Assembly: GCF_001194135.2 (NCBI RefSeq)
Contig: NC_068986.1
Location: 30,736,451-30,800,450, forward strand
Origin: Octopus bimaculoides
Taxonomy: Eukaryota
Length of the DNA: 64,000 bases
Direction of reading: 5' to 3'
Part shown: piece by piece, positions 23,881 to 34,800 of the stretch
Layout: each line of letters begins with the position of its first letter
How positions within the stretch are numbered: the stretch's first letter is position 1
Notes under the pieces: generated by a model
Databases searched by the model: none
Seen by the model: the letters and a program-made list of their open reading frames with translations, nothing else
What the model was told of the DNA's origin: nothing
Made by a program: the position numbers and the translations under genes

Positions 23881-26800
23881 ATGGTAAGGAATGTAAAATT
23901 ATTCTGTCGCTAAAATCTGCTGTAAAAAATGGTATTTCATTTCTAAATTAAATTTATTTCTCTTTTGGCTTTAACTGGGGGAACTTAGAACGTTATTCTG
24001 TTATATAAACTTTAGTTTTAATCTTGTGAAATCGTTTAAATTGTGAAATTTATTCCCATCGTTTTTCAACATGGCGTGATAGAAATCTTTCCTAAATGTA
24101 ATCATCCTAACCACGTTTCTCTTTTAATAATTATTATCTTTTTTGTCTCTCACACGATTTCTAATTAGTAAATATGATGGTTCTCCAAAGTCATGAATAT
24201 TTGTTTAAAATCGATGTTTAAAAAAAGATATCCTTTATATGTGAAAATCCTATTTTAAAACCTTCAGCTCTATATCATCATCCACGTGTTATCAACTTTT
24301 CACCCACCACACTCGCTTAACAATCAAGTGAAAGGCTTTTTTTTTTTAAAGTCATATAAAGTTGTTGCTTAATTGTATATTCTAAATTTTTTAATGGCAA
24401 ACCAAAAAAAATTATCTTTATGAATTTAAGCATCGCCTCTCGGTCTGCATTTGTAATTTATCGAGAGTATTTTGGAACAAATGAAATGAGTTTTATTGAT
24501 AATTTCTTGGGGATGGGGTGGGGCTATACGTGCATCTTTTTAGGTGGTTAAATTTTTATTTACAGCTGAAAATCCTGAAAATGTGTAGATTCTTGAAAAA
24601 TATATAAAAAAAAAAAACAGCCGATTATGTGGCATGCTTCGGTAAAAATATATTCAAACGACTCCCTTCTGAACCCTTTCCCTCATCTATGAGGATCCAA
24701 ATCTGCCGACACTAATTAACTAGTTCTTAAGTTCGGATGCGTGGTTAGGGCAGCGGACTCGTGGTCATAGGATCGCGGTTTCGATTCCCAGACCGGACGT
24801 TGTGAGTGTTTATTGAGTGAAAACACCTAAAGCTCCGACGGAATGGCGGCGAACCCTGCTGTACTCTTTCATCACAACTTTCTCTCTTACTTCCTGTTTT
24901 CTGTTGTGCCTGTAATTCAAAGGATCAGCCTTGTCACACTGTGTCAGGCTGAATATCCCCAAGAACTACGTTAAGGGTACACGTGTCTGTGAAGTGCTCA
25001 GCCACTTGCACGTTAATTTCATGAGCAGGCTGTTCCGTTGATCGGATCAACTGGAACCCTCGATGTCGGAGTGTCAACAACAAATTCGGATGCATCCTAG
25101 AACGTAAATAATTCACGCATCCAGGATTAAAAAAACCAGTTACGATCTAAGATCAGAAGTGATGAAATTATAGTGTAAAAGGTTAATACGAAATGCTTTT
25201 ATCCTGAAAGACCGAGCCCTCGTCAGAAAAATGTTATTAATTATGGATTCTAATTTTTAAGAATACTGCATTGCTTGCTATATATATGTTTGAAAATATA
25301 AATCACACGTGCATCGTTTTTTTTTTTAATTCTATAGGTGTTCAATCGGAAATTCGTGGAGGTGGGTCGTGTGGCCTACATCGTTAAAGGTGTAGATTCT
25401 GGGAAATTGTGCGTCATTATCGACGTTATTGACCAAAACAGAGTAAGTTAAAACTTTTTCTGGAGGTACACTCAATGTTTTTAAAATACCAGGTTGTAAT
25501 GTTCTTTTTGTAGTCTGAAAATTGGTTTTCCTGCAGTTTCAAAATTATTGAACATGATGTTAAAATACGGAAGTGGTCTGATTGATAGAGATGACAATTT
25601 TCATTACTGATATCATTAGTTTTGAAACTGAAGGCTACAAAATATAGCAAATTATCTGATAGTTTAATATAGTTTATCGATATATTAGCGCTAACACTCT
25701 ATCAAAGATAATGTTTTGACAGTGTCGTGTTTTATACAGTAATTTATATATACTGGTTTGTTTCCTATTTTCATTTAAGAAACCATGACATTTTGTAAAT
25801 ATGAAATCGTGAACTGAGTTAAACATAGCTGAAAGGATGAATGTGCAAAATGCGTTTGATTTATTCTTTTCAATTAGTAAACTGGAATACAGTTTATGCA
25901 AGATATTAATATCTAGTGAAAAACTTTCCTTATCAACTTATGAGAGTGGAGTGGTTTGTATATGGACACATACAGATATGTGCATAAACATATGTATACC
26001 CCAATAATTGCATAGTGTGGTCCAGATGGACTATATGTAATTTGAACCTTTCCCCCCATGTTTTATTTATTTTTTTACGGAATCCCACGTTTTAGGCTAT
26101 GGAGATTCCGATTCTGAAAGAAATTTTTCAAAATTTTTTTTTTTCAGAATCGGAATCTCCATAGCCTAAAACGTGGGATTCCGTTAAAAAAATTAATAAA
26201 TAAGGGGGGGGAAAGGTTCAGATTACATATAGTCCATCTCTACCGCATAGTGTTATAAAGAAATAAAAATTTACATTGGTTGGGAGTGATGTTGAGATTT
26301 GAGAAACTAGGGGCTGGATTTCACAGAGACAACACAGACCTTTGAATATTTTGTGTATATCATCCTTAATATTTGTCAAGTTTAAGTACCATCCTAATAT
26401 ATGCTTGGCATCTTAGGTATCTGTCTTCCATTATATCCTTGAGTTAAATATATTGTGAATGAGATTTGATGGAGAAAGAAAATCTATCAGACTTGTATGT
26501 TCCTGTGTTTTTATATGTCCTTTGACTTAGTGGCTTATCAAAAAATGATTGATAAAATACCAGACTGCAATAAGTACTGGGGTTGATGTGATTGACTAGA
26601 ACTCTTGAAGGTGGTGTCCCAGTATAACTGCAGTCTAAGAATTGAAGCTAGTAAAACATATAAAAAGAAAACTTTTTTTTAAAAATTTTCTATCTAACCA
26701 TGTTTCATAATTATAGGCTTTGATTGATGGACCATGCAGTGGTGTCTTAAGAAAAGCTATCAATTTCAATAGTGTACATCTGACAAGATTTGTCATCAAG

Positions 26801-29800
26801 ATCAGGCACTCTGCAAGAACCATTGAAGTGAAAAGAGCTTGGGATGCTGCTGACATAACTGGTAAATGGTCTCTGACGAAATGGGCTCAAAAGATTATGG
26901 CAAGAGAAAAGGTTTGTGTTTTCTTTTTTATATTGTGAATTCATTGCATTCAGAACAGATAAACAAGAATTGTTCTCTGGTGTTCCTTTCTTGGGAACCT
27001 TTAAATTTGAGTGGGTTAGCTATATAGAGCTAGAAGTGACCAAGAAATGAGTTGGTGTTAAAAAGATCAATCCACAGGATTCAATCCTTCTGCATGTATG
27101 TTCAAAATGTTATTTGGCTGAAATGTAATTTCATGTAATCTAAGTCTTCAAAGTTTCAAAATTATTGAACATGATGTTAAAAATACGGAAGTGGTCTGAT
27201 TGATAAGGAAGACAATTTTCTTTACTGATATCATTAATTTTGACACTGAAGACTAGAAATATCTGATAAGTAATTTTAATGGTATAATAATTGGCACAAG
27301 CAATGGGAGAAATGTCAAAAAGATTTTGCATCTTAGGTATTGATGATTATAAAAAATATTTTAAAGATAAATAGTGGGGATATCTGTAAGGAAGAAATTT
27401 TTTCATGAAACATTTCTAGTCTAATAATCGCTATCAGAAACGTATAATTTGATGGGGTGTTTCATGTCATTTAGTGAATTAATATGTAACTTTTACATTT
27501 ACTGACTAAATTTCACAGTAATTTAAACCAATTTTGGTTACAATTCTGCAAAGTGTTTATAAAGGTGGTTTTCATTAAAATAATAGATTTTTACACAAGT
27601 AATCAGTAAATCTAGTGTCAGACATTGAAATTTCATTTTTGGCCTATAACTCCCACCCTTTGTTAGCTTCCAGATATTTAGAAAAGAATGGAATAAGAGA
27701 CAAAGCTACATGGTTATGAAACGTATGTTGTTAGCTACACCTGCATCAATTATACACAAACACAAACCCAATTAGAACGTGATGAGAAATGGAAGTGCCG
27801 TCTGAATTTATAAGAGGACAAACCTTCATCTCTGAGTGTCCAATTTGGTGTATACAGAAGGAAATTTTCCTACCTATATATGTCCAGTAGGGGGGGGGGG
27901 ATTACGCGCTATTATATCTTAGAATTGTGTCAAGACCATTATCAGTTTTTCCTTTCTGGTAGGAAGCTAAATATAAGGGGGAAAGGTAAGATGGTAGTGA
28001 TGGGGTTCCAGAGCAAAATCAACAAATAGATGATATAGATTGCAGGTTAATAAGGGTGAGAGGGGAGAGTACAAAAGTGAGGTGTGGCTTGAAGGAAAAT
28101 ATCTGGATGGCAAATATTATGAGCAAGGCTTACGAACAGTGTAGAGGATGAGGAATTATGTTAGGGATGAAGTTGAAATGAGATGCAATCACTATGCTGT
28201 AATTGGTGGTTAGCATTTACTTGCATGACTTCACAGTTGCTTGGAGGATATTTGGTCAGTTCTTAAAGGCTTATTTAATGTTAATTGTGCTCTCTGCATT
28301 TATGTGTGTAGCAGATAAATTTTGTTAGAACATGATGAGACCTGGAAGTGCCGTCTGAACTCTCAGGAAGACGCTTTCAAATCTGAGTCTATATGGCATC
28401 TTTGGTTAATAGCTTGAAGAGGATTAAATGAAAACTACTTTTAGTGTTTTGGTGGTTTAAAAAAAAAAATGTTAATTTTTATAGCTATAACAACAAAAAT
28501 ATAACTAAATATTGCACAGATTTGTAGCTGTTTGAGATACTCATTATGAAGATGGTTTTATTAGTCCCCTCTTTGTTGTAGTTCTTGACTTTGGTTGGTA
28601 CCAATCTGTTCAGCTTTGATATTGAAATGTTAGATTAGCTGAGACATGATGCTCCAGTAATATCTGCTGCACATTGTAAAGCCTGGGTAAAATTTCTGAC
28701 AGTCCAGCACATGCAAGTTGCTGATGGTTAAACAATAATTAATGAAGGAAAAGGACAATAGCACTCATTGCTTATAATATGTATGGATTAGCCATTAAAT
28801 TATATTATGGTAAAAACCTACAAATAATTTTGTTTACATTGTTATATGGCTTGACTATGATTTCCTGTAATTTAAAAGTGTCTTCAATGTTTCAAAATTA
28901 TTGAACATGATGTTAAAAATACGGAAGTGGTCTGATTGATAGAGAAGACAATTTTCTTTACTGATATCATTAATTTTGACACTGAAGACTAGAAATATCT
29001 GATAAGTAATTTTAGGGGTATAATAATTGGCACAAATCACCATCAGAAAGGTATAATTTGGTGGGTGTTTCATGTCATTTAGCGAATTAATATGTAATTT
29101 TTACATTTACTGATTAAATTTCACAGTAATTTAAACCAATTTTAAGAAATTAGTTATAATTTTGGAAAGTGTTAACAAAGATCATTAAAATATATCTTTA
29201 CTCAAGTAACTAGTGAGTCTAGAGTTTTCTCCCTTGTGCAGCGATTTAAATCTAGTGTCGGGCATGTATTTTTGGTTTATCAACATATAATCTCAACCCT
29301 TCAAGATATTTAGAAAGGAAGCTACATGGTTACAAAACAATCTGTGGTCACTTAACCACGCCTACATCTGTTACACACAAACCCAATTAGAGCGTGATGA
29401 GAAATGGAAGTGCCGTCTGAATTCATAAGAAGACAAACCTTCATCTCTGAGTATCTAATTTGGTGTATACAGAGAAAAAATTGTCCTACCTATATATGTC
29501 GGGTGGGGTAGATGGTACCTAGCTATTTTAGAATAGTGTGTCAAGACCATTATCCAAGTTGTGTTTTTTTTTTCTTTCTGATAGGTAGTTAACTATCAGG
29601 GGAAAGGTAAGGTGGTAGTGATGGGGATTCCAGAGCAAAATCAACAAATAGGTGATATGGATTGCAGATCAGGAGTAGGGTGTGGCTAATATGTGGGGAA
29701 TGAAGGGTGAAGGAAAATATCTGGGTGGCAAAAATAATGAGCAAGGCATACGAACAATGTAGAGGATGAGAAATTACATTAGAGATGAAGTTGAAATGAG

Positions 29801-31855
29801 ATGCAATTACTATGCTGTAATTGGTAGTTAGCATTTACTTGCATGACTTCACAGTTGCTTGAAAGATATTTGGTCAGTTCTTAAAGGCTATTTAATATTA
29901 ATTGTGCTCCCTGCATTTATGTGTGTAGCATAAATAAATTTCGTTAGAACATGATGAGACATGGAAGTGCCGTCTGAACTCTCAGGAAGACGCTTTCAAA
30001 TCTGAGTCTATACGGTATCTTTGGTTAATAGTTTGAAGAGGATAGAATGAAAGCAATACTCTTAGCAATTTGGTGTGTTTTGTTTTTATTTTTATAGCTA
30101 TGACTTGATTACTGTTGTTGACAGCAAAAATGTAACTAAGTAATATTGCACAGATTTGTAAATGTTTGATGTACTCATTATGAAGATAGTTTTGTCTCTT
30201 CCTTGTAGTTCTTGACTTTGGCTGGTACCAATCTGTTCAGCTTTGATATTGAAATATGTTAAATTGAGACATCAAATTCCAGTAATATCTGGTACACATT
30301 GTTGGGTAAAACTTTGCATTGGCAATGAAATTATGGATCCTGTTATTCTGCTAGAAACTAGATTACTTTTGTCTATATGGTATGTTTAACAAAAAAAGAT
30401 TTAAAAAGCCAGTATGTACATTTACCTCATAAATGAAATAATGTTGCTGGTGTTTCTACAGTATCATTTTTACAATTTTCACCACTTCCTAGTTAAATCT
30501 TCATAAACGTTCAAATTTTAATTTGGACATTTTCAGTGTTGGAAAGGACAATGTTCTTGGTTCTTCCCTTGTACCAGTTTGTATTTCCTTCATTTCTAAT
30601 TAATACTTCAATACTCTTGCACCATAAGTATTACATTCCATCCTTTCTTGATCTCCATTGCTTCATAACTACTATCAAAGCTTTCCTTATAGTAATTTAG
30701 TGTTAAACTTTAGAACATGAATGTCTATAATTTTGCACCAAATGTTTACAGAGAGCTGCTGACACATGTAGTGAAATAGAAGTGGTTCTGTTAAAAATAT
30801 TTTGAATATTTGTTAATGTGATTTAAAACTAATTAGAACATGATGAAACTTGGAAGTGCCGTCTGAACCAATGTGAAGACAATCTTCAAACCTGAGTAAT
30901 CTTATTAGTGAAGTCATATAACATTTGAAATATCTTTAATGGAGAGTGAAATACTGATAGTCTTGAAATTACAGGTTTTGAAAATCTGGCTCCTTTATAT
31001 GGATGCTGTCTTGAAATTGTGCATTTCCCAGAAATGATCCTCAATGATGGCAACCAGCATTTGGATAGGCTTTTTGAAAATCATGTTGCTGTAACATTGG
31101 TTTTTATCCCTCTCTTTCTCTATAAACAGTTATTGCTAGGATGCATTTAATCTTGTATCTTTCAAATTAGCCAGTTTTTTTTCATTTTACTTTAACCCTT
31201 TCATTACTATATTTATTTTGAGATGCTCTGGGCTTCTTTCAATTATTTTAAATATAACAAAGAATTTAGTAAAATAACTTAGTTATTATTAAGGTAGTGT
31301 TAGGAACATAAATTGTGACTGAGGTTTGGTGGAAGATTTTAATTCTAAATTTATGAAAGCAAGACACTTGTACTACAGAGCCATAGCTAGTTTCAGCCTG
31401 GTTGGTAACGAAAGGGTTAATCATTAGTTATATATGATGCATGGTTATTAAGTCATTTAGAAATCTGGTAACTTCCATATGAAGAAGTGAAATCTAGGGT
31501 CATGTCCTTTTCTTTCTCTTTTGTAGCGAGCAAAGATGACAGATTTTGACCGATTCAAATTGATGCGGGCTAAGCAAGCGGTAAGATAATTATTTTATAC
31601 ACTTCTTTCTTTAGTCTTGGCTACGGGCCAAATGTTAGTGCTTCAAATTTCTCATGTTTCACTGTTTTGTTTCTTAGAATAAATACTATGTATTTTTATA
31701 TTTGTCAAATTTATTCCATTTAATTAATCGAAAAACACTTCTTTTTTCAGAGAAATAGAATTGTTTCTCAAGAATTTAAAAAGCTTAAAAAGAAGCAGAA
31801 GGCTGATAGAAAGCTCAAACTCAAATCTAAGCCCAAAACAGTTGTAAAGCAATAA
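23881..31855 (+). CDS. RPL14: 60S ribosomal protein L14 (eL14), 5 exons, 153 aa
   Basis: Exons 23881-23883 (ATG only, then GTAAGG), 25338-25442, 26717-26911, 31527-31580, 31751-31855, all phase 0 GT-AG. Protein [73 protein letters not shown].. is the eL14 signature. Confidence 0.97.
24735..25080 (+). mobile_element. tRNA-derived SINE in RPL14 intron 1
   Basis: tgcgtggttagggcagcggactc (A box), ggtttcgattccc (B box), then a GC-richer body. It is not a complete tRNA cloverleaf. Confidence 0.65.
25549..25615 (+). ncRNA. U49-like variant box C/D snoRNA, copy 1 (RPL14 intron 2)
   Basis: C-like ATGATGT 25554-60, guide ATACGGAAGTGGT, D' CTGA 25578-81, AGATGAC, D CTGA 25607-10. It has U49 architecture but lacks CC in the guide. 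Confidence 0.65.
26019..26245. mobile_element. Fold-back MITE in RPL14 intron 2
   Basis: ~95-bp near-perfect arms (26024-26116 / 26143-26239), flanked by the direct repeat CATAGTGT (26011-18, 26246-53). Confidence 0.82.
27166..27233 (+). ncRNA. U49-like variant box C/D snoRNA, copy 2 (RPL14 intron 3)
   Basis: ATGATGT 27171-77, ATACGGAAGTGGT, D' 27196-99, GGAAGAC, D 27225-28. Confidence 0.62.
27774..27840 (+). ncRNA. SNORD49: Box C/D snoRNA U49/SNORD49-like, copy 1
   Basis: Box C GTGATGA 27779-85, guide TGGAAGTGCCGT, D' CTGA 27802-05, C'-like AGAGGAC, D CTGA 27832-35. The guide pairs with 28S GUCGGCUCUUCC, with the +5 G opposite the C of CGG[C]UC. Confidence 0.85.
28327..28391 (+). ncRNA. 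SNORD49: Box C/D snoRNA U49/SNORD49-like, copy 2
   Basis: C ATGATGA 28332-38, guide TGGAAGTGCCGT, D' 28355-58, GGAAGAC, D 28383-86, terminal stem TAGA/TCTA. Confidence 0.87.
28902..28969 (+). ncRNA. U49-like variant box C/D snoRNA, copy 3 (RPL14 intron 3)
   Basis: ATGATGT 28907-13, ATACGGAAGTGGT, D' 28932-35, AGAAGAC, D 28961-64. Confidence 0.62.
29389..29455 (+). ncRNA. SNORD49: Box C/D snoRNA U49/SNORD49-like, copy 3
   Basis: C GTGATGA 29394-400, guide TGGAAGTGCCGT, D' 29417-20, AGAAGAC, D 29447-50, terminal stem TTAGA/TCTAA. Confidence 0.87.
29946..30010 (+). ncRNA. SNORD49: Box C/D snoRNA U49/SNORD49-like, copy 4
   Basis: C ATGATGA 29951-57, same guide, D' 29974-77, GGAAGAC, D 30002-05, stem TAGA/TCTA. 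Near-identical to copy 2. Confidence 0.87.
30835..30900 (+). ncRNA. SNORD49: Box C/D snoRNA U49/SNORD49-like, copy 5
   Basis: C ATGATGA 30840-46, same guide, D' 30863-66, TGAAGAC, D 30892-95. It lies outside the tandem duplication and its spacers are diverged while the guide is invariant. Confidence 0.87.
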
Positions 31856-31856
31856 A
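31851..31856 (+). terminator. RPL14 polyadenylation signal overlapping the stop codon
   Basis: CAA TAA A gives AATAAA at 31851-56, followed by a GT/T-rich tract at about 31890-31925. Confidence 0.7.
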
Positions 31857-34800
31857 GTTATATATGTAATAAGTTGCTCTGAATACTTCTGGTGTTTTTT
31901 TTTTGTTTGTTTGTTTTTTTCTTCTTAACTTAATAAATCTAACAAACCACAGTGATAGTGGAGATACAAGTGCATTAGATATTTCTGTGACATTGCAGTT
32001 TCTTATCTTGAAAGCTATATGAATTGTTGTGTTGTTAAGAAACCTGTGCGTGGAGGCTCCTTGTCTTGATGTCACATGACGGTTGTCCATGTGTAACACT
32101 TCAATATAAGTGATGTTCCTTTCTGATCGTCTGTAACAAACAGGTCTGGCGATGGGGAATTACTACTTTGAAGACAGGTGAGAGTTGGTGCCAAGAAGGG
32201 CAATCTGGCTATAGAAAACCTACCTTGAATTCTTTCTAACCCATGCCAACATAAAAGAGTTTAAAACTAGTTTCTATGTCTACGACAACTGTGTCTGGTG
32301 TTACAGAATCCTTTGTAGGTGTCACTACTTGAAAGTGTGTCAATTGTATTAGTATTACATGAGAATCGGCTTCATGGCCTTTGTAGACCTTCCCAGATTG
32401 ATGTGGTCGATATTCTGTTTAAACATTTGTAGTTCAAAGTTGTGGAAGTAATTTCGGGTTTGTACACTTTGGAGAACAGTTTGAAAAGTGACGGGTGAGC
32501 TTGTAGGCCACTGTAGCAATGCTAGAAGCTTGATAGATGTCGGTAGTGTTAGTGGAGAAACCGTCAGTTGGGCCTCTTGGATATGTATCTTCGTGCTACA
32601 CTCGTAGTGTCAGCTAGTGATAAAGACTGAATATTTCTTTGTCATGATGCAGTTTTGATAATGTGAGACATTTTCATTGACTTCATTATCGTTTAACGTC
32701 TGCTTTCCATGCTAGTATGGGTTTGATAAGGTTTCTACAGCTGGAAGCCCTTCCTAATGCCAACCATTCTGATAGTAGTGGGCAATTTTTAAATGCCAGT
32801 CACATGCTTGAATGGTACTTTTTACATGCTGCTAGCACAGGAACCAGTTAGGCAACAATAGCATTGGTCACGCTTGAATGGAGCTTGTTACATGCCATTC
32901 AGGTGGTAGTGGTGTCGGCCTGCTCAACAGGTCTCAAAGCTCAGCATATTGCCTGATGAAGGGGTATTTTTAAACGGGCCTGTTATGCAACATTGGTATC
33001 ACCCACAGCTACAACCTCAATTGGCTTGCTGGGTCTTAAACACAGCATATCTCCAAAGGTCTCAGTCACTTCTCATTGCCTCTGTGACACCCATTGTTCA
33101 AAGGTCATACTTCACCACCTCGTCCAATGTCTTGGGTCTTTCTTTTGCACACCGCATCTGATGCTTCTTAAGTCCAGGGCACTCACTGCTATGTCTGTAC
33201 ACTGACATTACACATCCAGCGAAGCAAGAAGTGATACTGGAAGTCAGAGACATTAAATGTAATTTGTATTACACATGAATAAGATGGTGGGAATAATATG
33301 CCATCAGTTGACCCAATGCATTACTAGTGTAGTTAGCAAGTTATCTTCCAGCTTACACTGGAGTAAGAGGTTCAGAGATGAATGCCATCTATACGAGTGT
33401 AGAATCGGGTAGCAAATGTGTAGACATTTTGGAAAGGAATATTGCTATAAGTTGGTAGAAACTCTCAGAACTACTAATATAAGTTTTGTTTTAATTTAGG
33501 AAGGCTATATAAAACACTTCGTTTAACATTTTTTCACTCATCTGACAAAAATGAGTAATCTTGTTATAGACTGGTGTCCTGTCCAGGGGGAATATACTTT
33601 CCAGACACCAGTAAACTGTTCCTATGAGTATGTGATGCATGAAGGCTGTAAGGTGATTTCTTGGGGTAAAATTGAAAAAAAGGGCTGAAAAATCGACACA
33701 GTTAATAAAATGTCAGATGGTTTTGGACTTAGTTACAACATCCTGCCACTGGAGCTGAGCTTCCATCAGCCTAATTTTGCAGCATTGTCCAAATCCTTGT
33801 GACTGGATATTATAGATGGAAATTAAAAGATGCCTCATATATATATATATGTGCATGTATCCTCATCTAGACAATATGGGAAGATTGTAAATGAGCATCA
33901 TCGTCATACAAGTGGAGGTTGTTCATTTCCAGGCTTTCATGAAAATCATGTCTAGCTATAAGAAAATATCTTGCTTGGAAACAGGTGATGGTTAGCAACA
34001 GAGGAATGGCATCCAGCTGTAGAAAATCTGCCATAAATTCCAACTGATCCATGCAAGTAGGGAAAAGTAGACACCAGATGGTGTCATTTTTATATTCATT
34101 CTTTCATTAGTTGGCTGGTTTCTCATGGTCAAAGATCTTATTTAGAGTTACCACCCTCTTAGGCAGATCAGTGATCTATCTTTTTATATTATCAATATAA
34201 TTTGTATGGCTAAATGTCCTTATTCAACATTTTTAATCTTCAGATGTGGAGAAAATTCAGTTAAACTATTAACTTTTAGACTTTGCAATACAGGTTAAAA
34301 AAGTACTGCTCTATAAGTATCATATTAGAGATTTTTCGATTATGAACTTTACATACTTCAAATCAGGCCTCAGTGCAATATACTGTATAACACATTGTAT
34401 ACCCTAATATTCCCTTGACATGGAGTGTTCTATATCTATATCTTACTTTCAGAGATGAAGAGTATTTTGATTTATAAGTTGCTCTGCACAATGTGGTCCT
34501 TAACCCCTTAGCATTTAAACTAGCCTAATTATTGTACCTGTCTTATGCTCAAACTGGCCTCTCACACCTTTCCCTATAATCATCATTGCTTAACGTCCAC
34601 CTTCTATGCTGGCATGGGTTGGATAGTTTGACCGAGGACTGGCAAGCCAGAAGGCTGTAATGGGTTCCAATCTGATCTAGCAAAGTTTCTACAGCTGGAT
34701 GCCCTTCCTAACGCCAACCACTCCATTAGTGCTTTTCACGTCATTCTAAAAATAAACTATCAAACCATTTTGATTGTTTGCCTAGAAGATAATGCAGGTT

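Larger units (their letters stand above)
27144..30315 (+). repeat. Tandem duplication in RPL14 intron 3 (unit A ~27144-28700, unit B ~28879-30315)
   Basis: Colinear blocks by eye: gtcttcaa.gtttcaaaattattgaac (27144/28879), catttactga.taaatttcacag, cacaaacccaattaga, gggattccagagcaaaatcaacaaata, gcatttacttgcatgacttcacagttgc, gtaccaatctgttcagctttgatattgaaat. Confidence 0.9.

Noticed and set aside
24735-24805. tRNA gene
   Set aside because: It has A/B boxes but no complete acceptor stem and continues into a SINE body.
25159-25207. GTGATGA..CTGA in RPL14 intron 1 as another C/D snoRNA
   Set aside because: Only 49 nt from C to D, with no terminal stem, no C'/D' boxes and no convincing rRNA complement. 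It merits a snoscan run but is not supportable by eye.
27774-30900. Repeated GGAAGTGCCGTCTGAA as a CRISPR-like array
   Set aside because: The context is a eukaryotic intron, spacing is irregular (0.5-1 kb), and each unit has box C/D architecture.
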